Positions 62,634 to 64,000 of a DNA stretch of 64,000 bases are shown piece by piece. The position numbers and the translations under genes were made by a program. This stretch comes from Candidatus Terrybacteria bacterium RIFCSPHIGHO2_01_FULL_48_17. GTDB taxonomy: Bacteria; Patescibacteriota; Minisyncoccia; Terrybacterales; 2-01-FULL-58-14. The stretch covers positions 9,039-73,038 of the forward strand of contig MHSS01000008.1 of the NCBI GenBank assembly GCA_001822835.1, read 5' to 3'. Each line of letters starts with the position of its first letter. The first letter of the stretch is position 1. The notes under the pieces were generated by a model. It saw only the letters and a list, made by a program, of their open reading frames with translations, did no database searches and was not told where the DNA came from.

Positions 62634-63095
62634 TTATTCTTGTTGAATTCCTGTCTGACCACGAGCTTTGCGGCGGCGAGCAACATGGAGCTGCGAAAGT
62701 GCGCGCTCAAATGCTGCGGTTGCCTCTGCAAATTTTTCAGAGTCCGTGGTTTTATATTCCTCCATTGCTTTTTTCGCCCTTTGCCGAGCTTGTTCTGCTT
62801 CTACTTCTTCAATCTCTTCCACGCGCACAGCAGAATCAGCCAAAATAGTTGCACGCGTATCGTGCGGCTCGCCTTTGAGTTCCCTGCGCACCTCCAAAAA
62901 TCCTCCGGCAACGGCGAAATACAGTTCCTCGCCGTCTTTTTTCACGCGCACCTCTCCCGGCGCAACAGGTACAACCAAGGGAATATGGTTATTTAAAATC
63001 GTTAACTCGCCTACTTGCGTCATGGCGGTTACGGAATCAACCTCATCTTTCACAAACTGGCGTTCGGGAGTAGTAATTTCAAAATGGATTTTCAT
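62634..63095 (-). CDS. atpC: F0F1 ATP synthase subunit epsilon
   Basis: N-terminal beta-sandwich HFEITTPERQFVKDEVDSVTAMTQVGELTILNNHIPLV plus C-terminal helical hairpin. Lies downstream of atpD. Confidence 0.85.
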   Translation of the reverse strand: MKIHFEITTPERQFVKDEVDSVTAMTQVGELTILNNHIPLVVPVAPGEVRVKKDGEELYFAVAGGFLEVRRELKGEPHDTRATILADSAVRVEEIEEVEAEQARQRAKKAMEEYKTTDSEKFAEATAAFERALSQLHVARRRKARGQTGIQQE

Positions 63096-63109
63096 AACAG
63101 AACGCAATT

Positions 63110-64000
<891 letters not shown>

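Overview
64 kb window from a low-GC, gene-dense bacterial genome. Genes are mostly co-directional and often overlap by 1-4 nt, and Shine-Dalgarno sites are weak or absent. Gene content (short DnaX and EF-Ts, transketolase split into N and C halves, L31/L27/L25 with extended tails, Suf-only Fe-S machinery, Mur/FtsW cell-wall genes, many small membrane proteins) suggests a reduced-genome Patescibacteria/CPR-like organism; this is inference. Supported content, in order:
- dnaX, a hypothetical gene and a small EamA transporter
- tRNA-Gln followed by a GIY-YIG gene, DUF2196, CutA and a PIG-L deacetylase
- sufCBD-S-U plus DUF1858
- a Wzy-like membrane protein with TPR repeats
- split transketolase, VIT-family transporter, glutaredoxin-like protein and gap
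- a sugar-phosphate block: rpiB, rpe, PfkB kinase, unknown 433-aa protein, fba, 2-hydroxyacid dehydrogenase
- rplY, a coiled-coil/MltB-like protein, prfA and rpmE (minus), rpsB-tsf
- a tRNA-Thr / tRNA-Tyr cluster embedded in GC-rich structured sequence
- murD-ftsW-murG-gltX and an M23 peptidase
- rpmA, then pyrG, rplI, acyP and ctp (minus)
- a minus-strand envelope-glycopolymer block (LCP, Wzy-like, GT4, GT2), an 891-aa multidomain peptidoglycan hydrolase, murC, tagA, ligT
- priA-def-fmt, DoxX, MBL hydrolase, dinB, HIT, nth, a thioesterase, atpC and partial atpD

No rRNA, CRISPR array, cas gene, integrase or transposase was seen. The most unusual signals are:
(i) a family of short G-tract heptamer tandem repeats inserted in-frame into essential genes, with cousins in intergenic DNA
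(ii) two inverted hairpin elements with identical loops and covarying stems flanking tRNA-Thr
(iii) several GC-rich structured intergenic islands sharing a GAGTCCCGAG word
(iv) a conserved 30-nt AT-rich motif overlapping the stop codons of two genes
(v) a PriA homolog whose Walker A and B motifs are degenerate
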